A program made the position numbers and the translations under genes. 64,000 bases of DNA. Origin: a plasmid. The notes under the pieces are model-generated. The model ran no database searches. It saw only the letters and a list, made by a program, of their open reading frames with translations, and was not told the DNA's origin. Each line of letters opens with the position of its first letter. Within the stretch, counting starts at the first letter, position 1. Shown in pieces: positions 40,311 through 51,133 of the stretch. The stretch lies in sequence record NZ_CP020429.2; one strand, given 5' to 3'.

Positions 40311-40922
40311 TCATAATTTAATCAGTATTCTGATAAATAATTCTTTTAACTTTTCTAAGTCTTCATGGACTGTCCCGTCCATATAGAGATTATAAACTTC
40401 ATCGTCTTGTTCCACTCGTATCTGTGCAGAGTAACCTTTTGATAGAGCTAAAGCACGAATAACCTCTCGTTGAGTTCGTCCATTACCCTCTCGAAAGGGA
40501 TGAAAATAATTAAGATTATCAAGAATTTCTATTAAATGCATAATGATTTCATCTTTGGAGTTGGCAGTTTGATGATAGGAATGAATCAGATGATTCATAT
40601 GAGTTTCAGCTGTATTAAATGACTGTATTGGCATAAAAGGATTACCGCTTTTAGAGATATTTACTTTGCGATATTGTCCAGCCCAAGCGTAAACATCTTG
40701 AAATAAATAATTGTGGATGGCTAGAATATCGCTCATGGAATAGACCTGAATGGGCTCTAAACGCAAGTCTGCAAGCCTTCTAGTAACGAATAAGTGTTCA
40801 TTTCGGTAAGCTTCTTCGATATTTGTAATATTTTGTTTATTGACTAAGACTGTAGAATCTGGATAGGTATATTGGTTATTAGGGTCAATGTACTTATATC
40901 CTTCATATTGATTCTTAACCAA
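40311..40922 (-). CDS. Fic/Doc-family protein (AMPylase-type toxin)
   Basis: Canonical Fic motif HPFREGNGRTQR. Confidence 0.85.
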   Translation of the reverse strand: MVKNQYEGYKYIDPNNQYTYPDSTVLVNKQNITNIEEAYRNEHLFVTRRLADLRLEPIQVYSMSDILAIHNYLFQDVYAWAGQYRKVNISKSGNPFMPIQSFNTAETHMNHLIHSYHQTANSKDEIIMHLIEILDNLNYFHPFREGNGRTQREVIRALALSKGYSAQIRVEQDDEVYNLYMDGTVHEDLEKLKELFIRILIKL

Positions 40923-41103
40923 TGTTCAATTCCTTTCGTCTGTTAGTGACATAAGTTTTTAAATCAATTACATCCTGAACAGTAGGCTCATAATTTTCAA
41001 TCATTGAAGATCCGATAGCATACCAAACGGTATCAAAATCTGAATAATTATCAAAAGAAATTCCTAAAATTGTTAATTCTTCTTCATTTACATCAAGAGT
41101 CAT
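40915..41103 (-). CDS. small antitoxin-like protein upstream of fic (class I Fic inhibitory module)
   Basis: 62 aa, overlaps the fic start by 8 nt. Contains an S-x-x-x-E-N (SSMIEN) inhibitory-helix-like motif. Confidence 0.55.
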   Translation of the reverse strand: MTLDVNEEELTILGISFDNYSDFDTVWYAIGSSMIENYEPTVQDVIDLKTYVTNRRKELNIG

Positions 41104-41215
41104 GGCATACCTCCTTGTATATCAATATCATTGTACCATAAACCCTTTATATTTACATGAAAGATGGAGATAGTTATGATTGATTGAACTGTTTATAGGC
41201 TATTTTCATCATAAA

Positions 41216-41280
41216 AAACACCCTCAAAAATTAATTTTTTCTGTCTAACTTTTGAGGTACAGTTCAATCTGTTTGAGTTT
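41216..41280 (-). mobile_element. solo IS3-family IRL remnant
   Basis: Reverse complement tgaactgtacctcaaaagttagacagaaaaaattaatttttgagggtg followed by an ATG with an 11-codon stub. Confidence 0.45.
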
Positions 41281-41713
41281 TTACACATAATTATTGATAG
41301 CATCAAAACAAGGCTTGCATAACCTTGGGAATATTTGACAGCACCTTCATTAATTCCAGTCAGTAGTTACATTCTAAAACATTGTACTTGTTTAATTGGA
41401 ACTGAGAGAAATTTGGTATCGTAAAAACGCTCACTAATTAAATAGTAGAGTCCTCTTATATACAAGATATGTGCCTTCTTGGATAGTTATCTGAAAGTAT
41501 GATGATAAAGTGGTTGGTCATAAATTATTGATGATTCATGTGACAATCAGAAAAATCCATTAGATTCATGACATTATAACTTTACCAATATTATGATAGA
41601 AATTTGATAACGGTATTGAGAAATATTTAATTGAAAATTCTAAAAATAAGGTATTAAAAAAGTAATTATGGTACAATATAAAAGAAAATCGTTTTATCTT
41701 TTATATCGAATTT

Positions 41714-42442
41714 TTGCTGTTACTCACTAATTTGTGTGTTACTTATAGTATTATAGGAGTAATGATGAATAAGATTTTAGCCATTGATGATGACGAAGAA
41801 ATTCTAAAACTTATAAAGACAGCTTTAGAGATTGAGAATTATCAAGTCACAACTTTACAAGAAATACAAGTACCAATAGTTTTTGATAAATTTAAGGGGT
41901 ATGATTTAATTCTATTAGATATTCTGATGCCTAATATAAATGGAATAGAATTTTGTTATAAAATTCGTGAAGAGGTATGCTCTCCAATTATTTTTGTTAG
42001 TGCCTTATCTCATGACGATGAAATTATCCAAGCTTTAACCGTAGGAGGAGATGATTTTATTGTTAAACCGTTTAGTTTGAAACAATTTATAGCTAAGGTT
42101 AATTCTCATTTGAAGAGAGAAGAAAGAGCAAGGTTAAAGATTGAAAGAGATAAAAGGAGCTTTCCTCCTCTAGAAATTTATCTAGAGGAACGTATGCTAT
42201 ACATCGATAAGATCCCTTTAACTTTAACTTCTAGGGAATATGATATTTTGGAATTATTATCTCGTTATCCCCATAAAGTATTTACAAAAGAAGAGATATA
42301 TGAACAGGTCTATGACGAGGAGGCGTCAGCATTATTTCACTCCATTTCAGAGTATATTTATCAAATTAGAATGAAATTTGCAAGCTTTGGAATTAATCCA
42401 ATAAAAACAGTACGTGGGATTGGTTATAAGTGGGATGTCTAA
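41714..42442 (+). CDS. lanR: OmpR-family response regulator of the lantibiotic locus (NisR/SrtR-like). The likely start is MMNKILAIDDDEE at 41764.
   Basis: Receiver domain plus winged helix (TVRGIGYKW). Confidence 0.8.
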   Translation: MLLLTNLCVTYSIIGVMMNKILAIDDDEEILKLIKTALEIENYQVTTLQEIQVPIVFDKFKGYDLILLDILMPNINGIEFCYKIREEVCSPIIFVSALSHDDEIIQALTVGGDDFIVKPFSLKQFIAKVNSHLKREERARLKIERDKRSFPPLEIYLEERMLYIDKIPLTLTSREYDILELLSRYPHKVFTKEEIYEQVYDEEASALFHSISEYIYQIRMKFASFGINPIKTVRGIGYKWDV

Positions 42443-43778
42443 AAAATATTCAATAAAAAAAAGAGTCTGGTTAGTAGTTTTTGAAGTTTGTGCTGGTTTT
42501 TTTATTACAATTCTAATAATCTATATAATTTCATTTTCTTTCTTAAGGCTAAATATAGTGACGTCCCATAATATTGGAGAGGAATATCATTTTGAAGATA
42601 AAAAAACAATAAAACAACTGACAAACTATGCGGAATCTTTGGGACTAGATTATGTTATTTTAGATAATAAGGTAAATAAAATCATTAAGGGGAAATACAT
42701 ACCTAAAGAATTTTCTTTATTCAGAAAAGTTGTAGAAGAAAAAGATAACTTAATTTTGGACACAGTGCATTATGACTTCTATAACAATGTTGATTATAGT
42801 ATTGTTATTAGATATAATGAGATGCCAGAATTTTCTAATCCTAAGTTTAGGGATGTTCCATATAATATGTTGACTTTTTATTTTCTAGGGTTAGGAATAA
42901 TAACTAGTATTGTGGTTGCTTCAACAAGGTTTGTGAAAGAAATTTCTTCGAATTTTAAAGAAATAAAGAAAATAGCAAATAAAATGGGGATAGAAAGATT
43001 ATCTAAACAAGAAAACTTTTCTAAAATAACGGAATTTGATGATATCCTGGCAACCCTATATACAAAGGGAGATGGTTTGAAAAATTTGATTGATCGAGAA
43101 AAATTAGAGAAACAAGATTTATCATTTCAAATATCTGCTCTCTCTCATGATATAAAGACACCTTTAACTGTTTTAAAAGGGAACCTTGAGTTATTAGAAT
43201 TAACGTCCTTAACAACTAGTCAACAAAGTTATGTTCTTTCAATGGATAATAGTATTTCTGTTTTTGAGAGCTATTTCGACTCATTGATTTCCTATACTCG
43301 GATGCTTTCAGAAGATAGAGGAGCAAAGTTGATAGTTGTTGAAGAACTGCTAAGTGAGTTACATTTTGAGGTTGATGATCTTTTGAATATAAACGATGTT
43401 GAATTTTCTATTGGGAATCACCTTGTAAGCAGTTCTTTTTATGGAGAAGAAGAAAATTTGATACGGGCAATATCTAATCTTCTAGTTAATGCAATTAGAT
43501 TTACACCCTCTTCAAATAAGAAAATAGAGGTCATATTATCTGAATCGGAAACTCTCATTTATTTTGAAGTATGGAACAATGGTCCCCAGTTTAATGATTG
43601 TACTTTGAAAAATGGCACTAAATTGTTTTACACAGAAGATAATAGTAGAGGAAATAAGCATTACGGAATTGGATTAGCTTTTGTTAATGGTGTTGCTATT
43701 AAGCATGGAGGGCACCTTCAGTTGGTAAACCCAGCAAGAGGGGGAGCAAGTGCAATTTTATCCATTAAGAAGAAATAG
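42414..43778 (+). CDS. lanK: sensor histidine kinase (NisK/SrtK-like)
   Basis: Two TM helices with an extracellular loop, H-box LSHDIKTPLT, and HATPase N and G boxes (NLLVNAIRFT, GIGLAFV). Confidence 0.8.
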   Translation: MGLVISGMSKKYSIKKRVWLVVFEVCAGFFITILIIYIISFSFLRLNIVTSHNIGEEYHFEDKKTIKQLTNYAESLGLDYVILDNKVNKIIKGKYIPKEFSLFRKVVEEKDNLILDTVHYDFYNNVDYSIVIRYNEMPEFSNPKFRDVPYNMLTFYFLGLGIITSIVVASTRFVKEISSNFKEIKKIANKMGIERLSKQENFSKITEFDDILATLYTKGDGLKNLIDREKLEKQDLSFQISALSHDIKTPLTVLKGNLELLELTSLTTSQQSYVLSMDNSISVFESYFDSLISYTRMLSEDRGAKLIVVEELLSELHFEVDDLLNINDVEFSIGNHLVSSSFYGEEENLIRAISNLLVNAIRFTPSSNKKIEVILSESETLIYFEVWNNGPQFNDCTLKNGTKLFYTEDNSRGNKHYGIGLAFVNGVAIKHGGHLQLVNPARGGASAILSIKKK

Positions 43779-43916
43779 ATATAATTTAAAGCATTTGGAC
43801 AGAAATTGTAAGAAATTTTCTGTCCAAATGCTTTTTTTCTGAACAGATTCTGAACTTAAGATGAAATAATAACATCGTAAATATATCGGACATATAAATA
43901 AGAGAGGAAATATAAG

Positions 43917-44021
43917 ATGAAAAATACAATCAAAGATTTCGACCTAGATTTAAAGACAACTAAAAATAACTCTGATGAATCACTTGGTCATGCAGAAAAC
44001 TGTAAAGCTAACATTAGCTGA
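43917..44021 (+). pseudogene. lanA: remnant of a class I lantibiotic precursor gene (streptin-like leader MKNTIKDFDLDLKTTKNNSDES with no plausible core)
   Basis: The FDLDL box and the first 20 residues closely match the streptin SrtA leader (MNNTIKDFDLDLKTNKK, from memory). The C-terminus (LGHAENCKANIS) is not core-like and overlaps the lanT start out of frame. Confidence 0.5.
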
Positions 44022-45474
44022 ATTTGAAACTCCAGAAATATATGATGATATTACACGTATACAAAATCAAATATCCTATAAACCATTTCAAATATATAAA
44101 TCTATTATTTCTGTACTTTCTTCATTAGTATCATTTATTTCTTCCTTTATCATTTTGTTGAATTGGAAAACATCAATTTTTCCACTCTTGATTATTCTTC
44201 CGGTAATTTCAATTTATATATACTTAAAAATAGGTAAAAACGAATTTGAAATGTTATATAAGCGGAGTAGTGATGAAAGGGCAAATTGGTACATAAGCCA
44301 TATTTTAACACATGATTTTGCTGTTAAGGAATTAAGGTTAGGCATATTAGAAAACTATTTTTTAAAAAAATTTGACAAAAATAATCAACTATTTATTACT
44401 CAGGAAAATAGCATAAATAAATCTAAAATGGGAAATGGTATTTTATTGGGAATATTGGAGATTATGATAGAGTCAATAATAATGTTTCTTGCAGTTAGAG
44501 AGGCGTTTTTAGGAATAATTTTAATTGGAAATGTAACAACCTTTATTAGATCTTTGTCAACAATGCAAACGAGTACCAAAAATATAGTGAACAATATTTA
44601 TTCCTTCTATAATGGATCACTGTACATGGAGTTACTATATGATTTCACTCATAGTGAGACTGAATACAATAATCTAAAAGAAAAAGTAGTTAACGATATT
44701 AAGTCTATCGAGTTTGAAAATGTTTCTTTTTCATATGATGGTAAGGAAAATGTGATAAATAACATAAGTTTTTCAATTAAATCAGGAGAAAAAATAGCAA
44801 TTGTTGGTGAAAATGGTTCAGGGAAGAGTACTATTTTTAAATTAGTCTGCGGACTTTATGATAATTATGAAGGAAACATTTATATAAACGGTAATAATAT
44901 TCGTTCAATACAGAAAAAATCATATTATAAGAGGATATCAGCTTTATTCCAGGATTTCTTGAAATACGAGTTAACACTTCGAGAAAATATTGGTTTAGGT
45001 GATTTATCAAAACTGTATAATGATGAGGCTTTAATAAACACATTAAAGCGTACGGGAATTGATTCAATATTTTATGAGAAAGAAGGAAAAACTAATCAGT
45101 TAGACTTAGAACAGCAACTAGGAAATTGGTTCGAGGACGGGAGACAGTTATCTGGTGGGCAGTGGCAAAAAATTGCATTGTCAAGAGTTTATCTTAAAGA
45201 AGCTGATTGTTATTTTTTAGATGAGCCTAGTTCAGCTTTAGATCCAAAATCTGAAGCAAAAATTTTTAAAACTTTTTTTGAATTGTCACAAAATAAGATT
45301 GGCATTTTCATTACACATAAGCCAAGTATTACTCAATTTGTAGATAAAATTCTATACTTGGAGAATGGCAATATAGTCGAGACAGGAAGTTTCAATGATT
45401 TAAATTTTAAAGGTAAGAAATTCAAAAACTTGTTAGATAAGGAGATTGGAATTGTATATGACACCTCAAATTGA
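43975..45474 (+). CDS. lanT: LanT-type lantibiotic ABC exporter, N-terminally truncated by ~100 aa relative to NisT and possibly nonfunctional
   Basis: Aligns with NisT from ...LELSDYEQADMYN/YKPFQ onward (here LAEFETPEIYDD...YKPFQ at residue 35, versus ~139 in NisT). Walker A GENGSGKST, signature LSGGQWQKIALSR. Confidence 0.8.
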   Translation: MNHLVMQKTVKLTLAEFETPEIYDDITRIQNQISYKPFQIYKSIISVLSSLVSFISSFIILLNWKTSIFPLLIILPVISIYIYLKIGKNEFEMLYKRSSDERANWYISHILTHDFAVKELRLGILENYFLKKFDKNNQLFITQENSINKSKMGNGILLGILEIMIESIIMFLAVREAFLGIILIGNVTTFIRSLSTMQTSTKNIVNNIYSFYNGSLYMELLYDFTHSETEYNNLKEKVVNDIKSIEFENVSFSYDGKENVINNISFSIKSGEKIAIVGENGSGKSTIFKLVCGLYDNYEGNIYINGNNIRSIQKKSYYKRISALFQDFLKYELTLRENIGLGDLSKLYNDEALINTLKRTGIDSIFYEKEGKTNQLDLEQQLGNWFEDGRQLSGGQWQKIALSRVYLKEADCYFLDEPSSALDPKSEAKIFKTFFELSQNKIGIFITHKPSITQFVDKILYLENGNIVETGSFNDLNFKGKKFKNLLDKEIGIVYDTSN

Positions 45475-46699
45475 ACAAATTTTAGATTATGTTGCTGATA
45501 GATTTACGAACTATGAGCAAATAGTAGCAGAAAGTACAAATGAGACGCTAATTAGCATAGAATCTAAATACAAAAATACTTTTTTTGAAAAATCTTTAAG
45601 TCACGGAATTCCATCATTAATTTTAATGTATAGCTCGCTATATAAAGTAACTAGACAAGATAAGTATATGGATCTGTCTAACAGCTATATCAGTAAATTA
45701 GTTGAAATAATCTCCAAAGACGGAATAGAATCTCCCTCTCTCTATGCGGGGACTGCTGGTATCTCATTGGCAATTAGGGAAGCTAGTATATCAGGGAAAT
45801 ATTATACCAAGCTATTGGACTCTTTACATCGCCTATTGAAAGAACAAATTCAAGAAAAGTTGATTATAAGTTTATCAAATATAGATAAAGGGATTATTGA
45901 TCCATTTGACTATGATATGGTTAACGGTTTTAGTGGAATAGCTAATTATTTAATGCTTGAGAGAGAATATTTTTTTGAAGAGTTGAAACAAATAGGAATG
46001 TATCTTTTGAAGTATATTGAGACAATTTTTAGTAAAGTGAAAAATTGTTCTATAGATTCAAAAATTGAATTTGATTTAGGTATTGCTCATGGAATAGTTG
46101 GTCCAATGTTAATATTGGCGAAGTTAAAATCAGAAAGAATCTTAGAAGATAATGATGAGATATTGAACAAGGCTATCAAGCTAGTATTTTTATATAGAAG
46201 AGAAGATAAACTATGGCCTGGTAAAATATATTCTGATAATATTTTGAATCGTGATTTTAAAAATCTCCCTACTAGGATGGCTTGGTGCTACGGTACTCCT
46301 GGTACATCACTTGCCTTATTTAAAATATGTCAATTGATGGATTTAAACTATACTGATAGTATTATAGAGAGTTTGATTGCTCAGATAACTAGTCCAGAAA
46401 AAAATATTTATTCACTGACAATGTGTCATGGATTATCAGGTGTTTCCTTTATATACGATTTGATTGGTAGAAGCAATTCAAATGTGAGATTAGTGAATTT
46501 TGCAGAGTGTTTACGCCAGGAAATAATAATACAATTCTCAGGTCAGAAAATATTTGGATATACTGATAGAGAAAAATTAGGAGAAGTAGAAATTGAATTT
46601 GAATCAGTTGGTATATTACAGGGGGTATCGGGAATTGTCTTATTTTTATTAAATCCTTATAGCGATGAGAAACTCTTGTGGGATAGAATGTTTATTTAA
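45446..46699 (+). CDS. lanC: LanC lanthionine cyclase
   Basis: Zinc-ligand motifs GIAHG, WCYGTPG and CHGLSG. Confidence 0.9.
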   Translation: MELYMTPQIEQILDYVADRFTNYEQIVAESTNETLISIESKYKNTFFEKSLSHGIPSLILMYSSLYKVTRQDKYMDLSNSYISKLVEIISKDGIESPSLYAGTAGISLAIREASISGKYYTKLLDSLHRLLKEQIQEKLIISLSNIDKGIIDPFDYDMVNGFSGIANYLMLEREYFFEELKQIGMYLLKYIETIFSKVKNCSIDSKIEFDLGIAHGIVGPMLILAKLKSERILEDNDEILNKAIKLVFLYRREDKLWPGKIYSDNILNRDFKNLPTRMAWCYGTPGTSLALFKICQLMDLNYTDSIIESLIAQITSPEKNIYSLTMCHGLSGVSFIYDLIGRSNSNVRLVNFAECLRQEIIIQFSGQKIFGYTDREKLGEVEIEFESVGILQGVSGIVLFLLNPYSDEKLLWDRMFI

Positions 46700-46717
46700 T
46701 TAAGAGAGGAGAACAAG

Positions 46718-49678
46718 ATGTATAATGTATTTCCAAGAGGCATGATCCGTGTTCCTTTGCAAAAACAGGAATTTTATGAAAAAGGATATGATGAGCTGAT
46801 AAAAGATAAAGTTTTTATGGAGCAACTTTTAGTTGCTAGTCCTAGTCTCTATCATAGTGTAAAAAATATTGATAAATGTAACGAAAAGAAAAAACAAAAA
46901 ATAAAAATATCAATAAAAAGTTACGCAAAAAGGGCGGCACTACGTACTACTCCGTTTGGAATTTTTACCGCAATAAATGTAGTCGACCTGAAAAATGAAA
47001 CAAACTCCAATGTAAAAAAAATTAGTTTTACTAAAAAAGCGACACCAGATTATCTTTGGATATATTCTTTGGTGAAATCTTATGAAATAAAGAATATAGA
47101 AGAACTTGCCTTCAAAATTAATACAGCAGCATTTATCCAAGGGGATAGATATGTATTACCATTTACAGTGAGTGAGTTTGAGGAAGATAGAAATATAAGT
47201 CTTTCAAAACCAGTTCAGATATTGATTGAAAAATGCCAGAAAAACTATGTGAACTATGAAGAACTGATAAAAATACTTAAAACCAGTTATCCGGAGATAG
47301 CTTTAGAAGTGCTAACATCATTTATTTACAATTTGGTTGAAAATGATTTTTTAATTTCAGATCTAAGACCACCTATTTGTAATATTAATCCACTAGATTA
47401 TTTATTATCGAAATTGGAAAAGGGAAGACTAAAAAACGATTTACAACATTTAAAAAATATGATTGAGAATTATAATGATTTAAAAATAGGTGAGGGCTGT
47501 AATTTACTTCTTCAAATATTTGATGTCATGAAAAATATCCATAAATATGATATTGGTGGAAATTACCTAAAGGTAGATTCCATAGCAAATTTTAATGGTA
47601 GATTTGATGTCTTATCGGAAAAGTCTTTAGAGATTATAAAGCAGCTTGCAGAGATGTTTGTGAAGTTAAATAATAACGTTAAAAGAAGAGGTGGCAGGAA
47701 AAATTCACTTAAAGAATATCAGTTGAAATTTATTGGAAAATATGGGGAAAACTGTGCAATTCCTCTTGTAGAAGTAATAAATAAGGATGTTGGTATAGGT
47801 TTCCCTGATTATTACAAAGACGAATCAGGAGAAGCAATAGAGTTTAGTGATCCAATAATGCAAATGTTTGAAAAGAAATACGAGGAGGCTCTTTTAGATG
47901 GTAAAAGTATTGAATTTCGGTCAAAGGATTTACATGATTTTAAATTAAATCAAAATAATAGTTTAGAATCATTTGAATTAAATTTTAATATCAAAAAACT
48001 AAATGATGATATCAAGTTATATTTAGGTGCCAATATTGGTTCTGGTCAAGCTGGAAGAAGTTTCGGTAGATTCTATACATTAAGCGAACAATTGAAAACA
48101 ACTATTCAAAAATTAGATCAGAAAAATTGTATGAATGTAGAGCTATCATTCGTTCCGAATCAGATAAGAATAGCGAATGTAATGCAAAATTATAGCACTG
48201 AAACCTTCAATACATCATTTTTTACAACATCATGGGATTCGACAAATGAAATTAGATTAGAAGACATCTATATAAGATATAGTGAAGGTAAGTTTCATTT
48301 TACAACAAGTGATGGGAAAAATGAATTGAAATTTACTATGAATAATATGTTGAATCCTGACAGCCAAAGTAAGGTACTGAGATTGTTGGTTGATATATCA
48401 GAGTTTGAGTATGGATTGTCACATTGGTCTTTATTTCCATGGGATATTTTAGCTCAGGAAAAAGTCTATATTCCTGAAATTTCGTTTGAAGGAATTACGA
48501 TAGCTACCGCACAATGGAACTTATCAATGATAAGAGAACAGTTACTAACTAAAAATAAATTTATTGATAAAAAAGTTATTTTTGATAATTTTAGAAAAAC
48601 ATACAAGGTTCCAAATGACATCATTTTAAAATATGCAGATAATGAATTAAGGCTAGATTTATCTATGGATGATGACTTAGAGATTTTATTTAAAAATATC
48701 AAAAAATACGTATACGTTTCGCTAAGAGAAATTGAAAAAGGAGAATCAATTTTTAAAGAATATTTAGGTAACTATAACGCAGAAATAGTTGTTCCAATTA
48801 TTAAAGAGATAGATAGAAATGCAAGCCATGAAACTAATTTAATCTTTAAAAATGAAATTAAGAGAACATATTTACCATTTTGTGACTGGCTATTTTTAAA
48901 GTTGTATGGTCCTAAAGAACGACAAAATGAACTATTAGGTTACTGGAGCAATTATTTTGCGAATATACTACCAAGAAATTATAATCAACCCAAAATGTTT
49001 TATATGAGATATTATGACACAAATGATCATATAAGAATGCGAGTAAATTCTCGTTCTTTTGAGAATAATTTTTCTTTATATTTGTCAGTAGTTCGTGACT
49101 TATTACCTATGTTGATAGAAAAAGGTATTGTCTCAGATATAGAGGTGAGTAGTTATAAGCCAGAGGTAAACAGATATGGGGGACCTAATTTAATACACTA
49201 TGCTGAAGAAATTTTTTGCAAAGAATCTATTTTATTTATGAATCATATAATAAGTTTGTCAGAAAATGAAAGATTAGTTTGTGCTACATATTTAGTTTTA
49301 TACTATCTAAATTATTTCTTCAAAGATGAAGTGACAAAGTGTTCTTTTCTCCTTGAGAATTATACTGGAAAATATAAGAAAGAATTTAAAAATTTACCAA
49401 TTGATTTACCCATAGAGTATATGAAGAGTTTGAAGGGAGTAGCATCGGCGCTAGATAGATATGATTATTTCCAGGAAATGGATAAATATCTTACTTCTTA
49501 TATGGAAGAATACAATCGATTCGATAGTACAAATGATCTATATAATACAAAATTTAATTTAGTAGGAAGTTTTTTACACTTATCAATGAACCGATTAAAT
49601 GGGATTAATAGAGAATTTGAAGAGAAGGTATATTGTTTTGCTTATTACACACTAAATGCCCAACAGTATATAGAATAG
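46718..49678 (+). CDS. lanB: LanB lantibiotic dehydratase
   Basis: 986 aa. Conserved blocks align with NisB (RTTPFG, ...FLKLYGPKERQNELL..., MFYMRYYDTNDHIRMR). Confidence 0.9.
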   Translation: MYNVFPRGMIRVPLQKQEFYEKGYDELIKDKVFMEQLLVASPSLYHSVKNIDKCNEKKKQKIKISIKSYAKRAALRTTPFGIFTAINVVDLKNETNSNVKKISFTKKATPDYLWIYSLVKSYEIKNIEELAFKINTAAFIQGDRYVLPFTVSEFEEDRNISLSKPVQILIEKCQKNYVNYEELIKILKTSYPEIALEVLTSFIYNLVENDFLISDLRPPICNINPLDYLLSKLEKGRLKNDLQHLKNMIENYNDLKIGEGCNLLLQIFDVMKNIHKYDIGGNYLKVDSIANFNGRFDVLSEKSLEIIKQLAEMFVKLNNNVKRRGGRKNSLKEYQLKFIGKYGENCAIPLVEVINKDVGIGFPDYYKDESGEAIEFSDPIMQMFEKKYEEALLDGKSIEFRSKDLHDFKLNQNNSLESFELNFNIKKLNDDIKLYLGANIGSGQAGRSFGRFYTLSEQLKTTIQKLDQKNCMNVELSFVPNQIRIANVMQNYSTETFNTSFFTTSWDSTNEIRLEDIYIRYSEGKFHFTTSDGKNELKFTMNNMLNPDSQSKVLRLLVDISEFEYGLSHWSLFPWDILAQEKVYIPEISFEGITIATAQWNLSMIREQLLTKNKFIDKKVIFDNFRKTYKVPNDIILKYADNELRLDLSMDDDLEILFKNIKKYVYVSLREIEKGESIFKEYLGNYNAEIVVPIIKEIDRNASHETNLIFKNEIKRTYLPFCDWLFLKLYGPKERQNELLGYWSNYFANILPRNYNQPKMFYMRYYDTNDHIRMRVNSRSFENNFSLYLSVVRDLLPMLIEKGIVSDIEVSSYKPEVNRYGGPNLIHYAEEIFCKESILFMNHIISLSENERLVCATYLVLYYLNYFFKDEVTKCSFLLENYTGKYKKEFKNLPIDLPIEYMKSLKGVASALDRYDYFQEMDKYLTSYMEEYNRFDSTNDLYNTKFNLVGSFLHLSMNRLNGINREFEEKVYCFAYYTLNAQQYIE

Positions 49679-49689
49679 GAGTAATCAAT

Positions 49690-50385
49690 ATGTTAAAAAT
49701 ACAAAACTTAAGAAAATCTTATGGTAAGAGAACGGTACTAGATAATGTCAATATGAATATTCCTAAGGGAAAAGTGTATGCTTTAATAGGTCCAAATGGT
49801 GCTGGAAAATCAACTATTATGAAAATTTTGACTGGTTTAATTAATAAAACCAGTGGTTCTATCACTTTTGAAGGTAGAGAATGGTCACGTCGAGATTTGC
49901 AGAAAATTGGAAGTATTATTGAAGAACCACCACTTTACAAGAATTTGAGCGCATACGATAATATGAAAGTAGTTACAACAATGCTTGGTATTTCAAATAG
50001 TACAATACTTCCGCTATTAAATAAAGTAGGTTTAGGAAACATTGATAGGAGACCAGTAAAGCAATTTTCTCTAGGGATGAAGCAAAGGTTAGGAATAGCT
50101 ATCGCTTTAATAAATTCACCTAAATTACTTATATTGGACGAGCCTACCAACGGGTTGGATCCTATTGGAATTCAAGAATTAAGGGAAATTATAGAGTCAT
50201 TTAAATCAGATGGGATGACAGTCATGATTTCAAGTCATATTCTTTCAGAGGTCGAACATCTAGCTGATTTTATTGGTTTTATTTATGAAGGAAAGATTGT
50301 ACTGGAGAAGGAATATGATGGATCTGAGAATCTTGAGGAGTTATTTAATAATCAAATTATATATGAAAAAGGGAGGAGATTATGA
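49690..50385 (+). CDS. lanF: LanF immunity ABC transporter ATPase. Start taken at MLKIQNLRKSYG.
   Basis: Walker A GPNGAGKST, signature FSLGMKQR, Walker B LILDEPTNGLD. Confidence 0.85.
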   Translation: MLKIQNLRKSYGKRTVLDNVNMNIPKGKVYALIGPNGAGKSTIMKILTGLINKTSGSITFEGREWSRRDLQKIGSIIEEPPLYKNLSAYDNMKVVTTMLGISNSTILPLLNKVGLGNIDRRPVKQFSLGMKQRLGIAIALINSPKLLILDEPTNGLDPIGIQELREIIESFKSDGMTVMISSHILSEVEHLADFIGFIYEGKIVLEKEYDGSENLEELFNNQIIYEKGRRL

Positions 50386-51131
50386 AACAAGTTTTTTTAT
50401 CAAATTTAATTAAAATAAAGAATACGAGTATTTTTAGGTTAATTTTTATTTTCCCTTTCATTTGTGTCATTCTTTCTTTATTGTTTTCATCATTGGGTGG
50501 TAAGGAAGTATTAAGTCTAACTGCAGAAACCACCGTGAATCAGTGGGGGGTTATTTGGATTAATGTAATTATAGCTGTAAATTCCGCTTTGTTAAATAAG
50601 TTGGAATTAGATTCAAATAAGTATTCTGTTTATTTATCAAGGAATGTTAATTTAAAAAAGGTAGAATACGCAAGAATCATATTGGTAGCTTTTTTAAATT
50701 TAATAATTAGTATGATTTTAAGCCTAATACTTATCTTAATGGGTTTAATTTTACCCACACCAAGTCTTATTAGTATATGTAGGATGCTATTAACTATTTT
50801 ATTGATTTGGTTGACAACATTATGGCAAATTCCATTTATTTTATGGCTATCAAGAAAAACTAATTTGTATTTTGCTATGATTATTAATACAATATCACCA
50901 CTAATTATTGGTACAAGTTTTTCTCTCTTAGATACATGGTATTTGTTTCCTTATGATTGGTCATTGAAGCTACTTGAACCAATGACAAAAATGAGAATAA
51001 ATGGTATACCTATTGGATCTGAATATATTCCTGATTATTCAATGATTTTCGTTTCATTTTTCTTAGGGATTACTTTTTTCATTTTATTGGTCGAACTATC
51101 TGCTATCTCTTTCAAAAGACAGGTTAAATAG
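50382..51131 (+). CDS. lanE: LanE immunity ABC permease
   Basis: 249 aa with 6 TM helices, translationally coupled. Confidence 0.75.
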   Translation: MKQVFLSNLIKIKNTSIFRLIFIFPFICVILSLLFSSLGGKEVLSLTAETTVNQWGVIWINVIIAVNSALLNKLELDSNKYSVYLSRNVNLKKVEYARIILVAFLNLIISMILSLILILMGLILPTPSLISICRMLLTILLIWLTTLWQIPFILWLSRKTNLYFAMIINTISPLIIGTSFSLLDTWYLFPYDWSLKLLEPMTKMRINGIPIGSEYIPDYSMIFVSFFLGITFFILLVELSAISFKRQVK

Positions 51132-51133
51132 TC

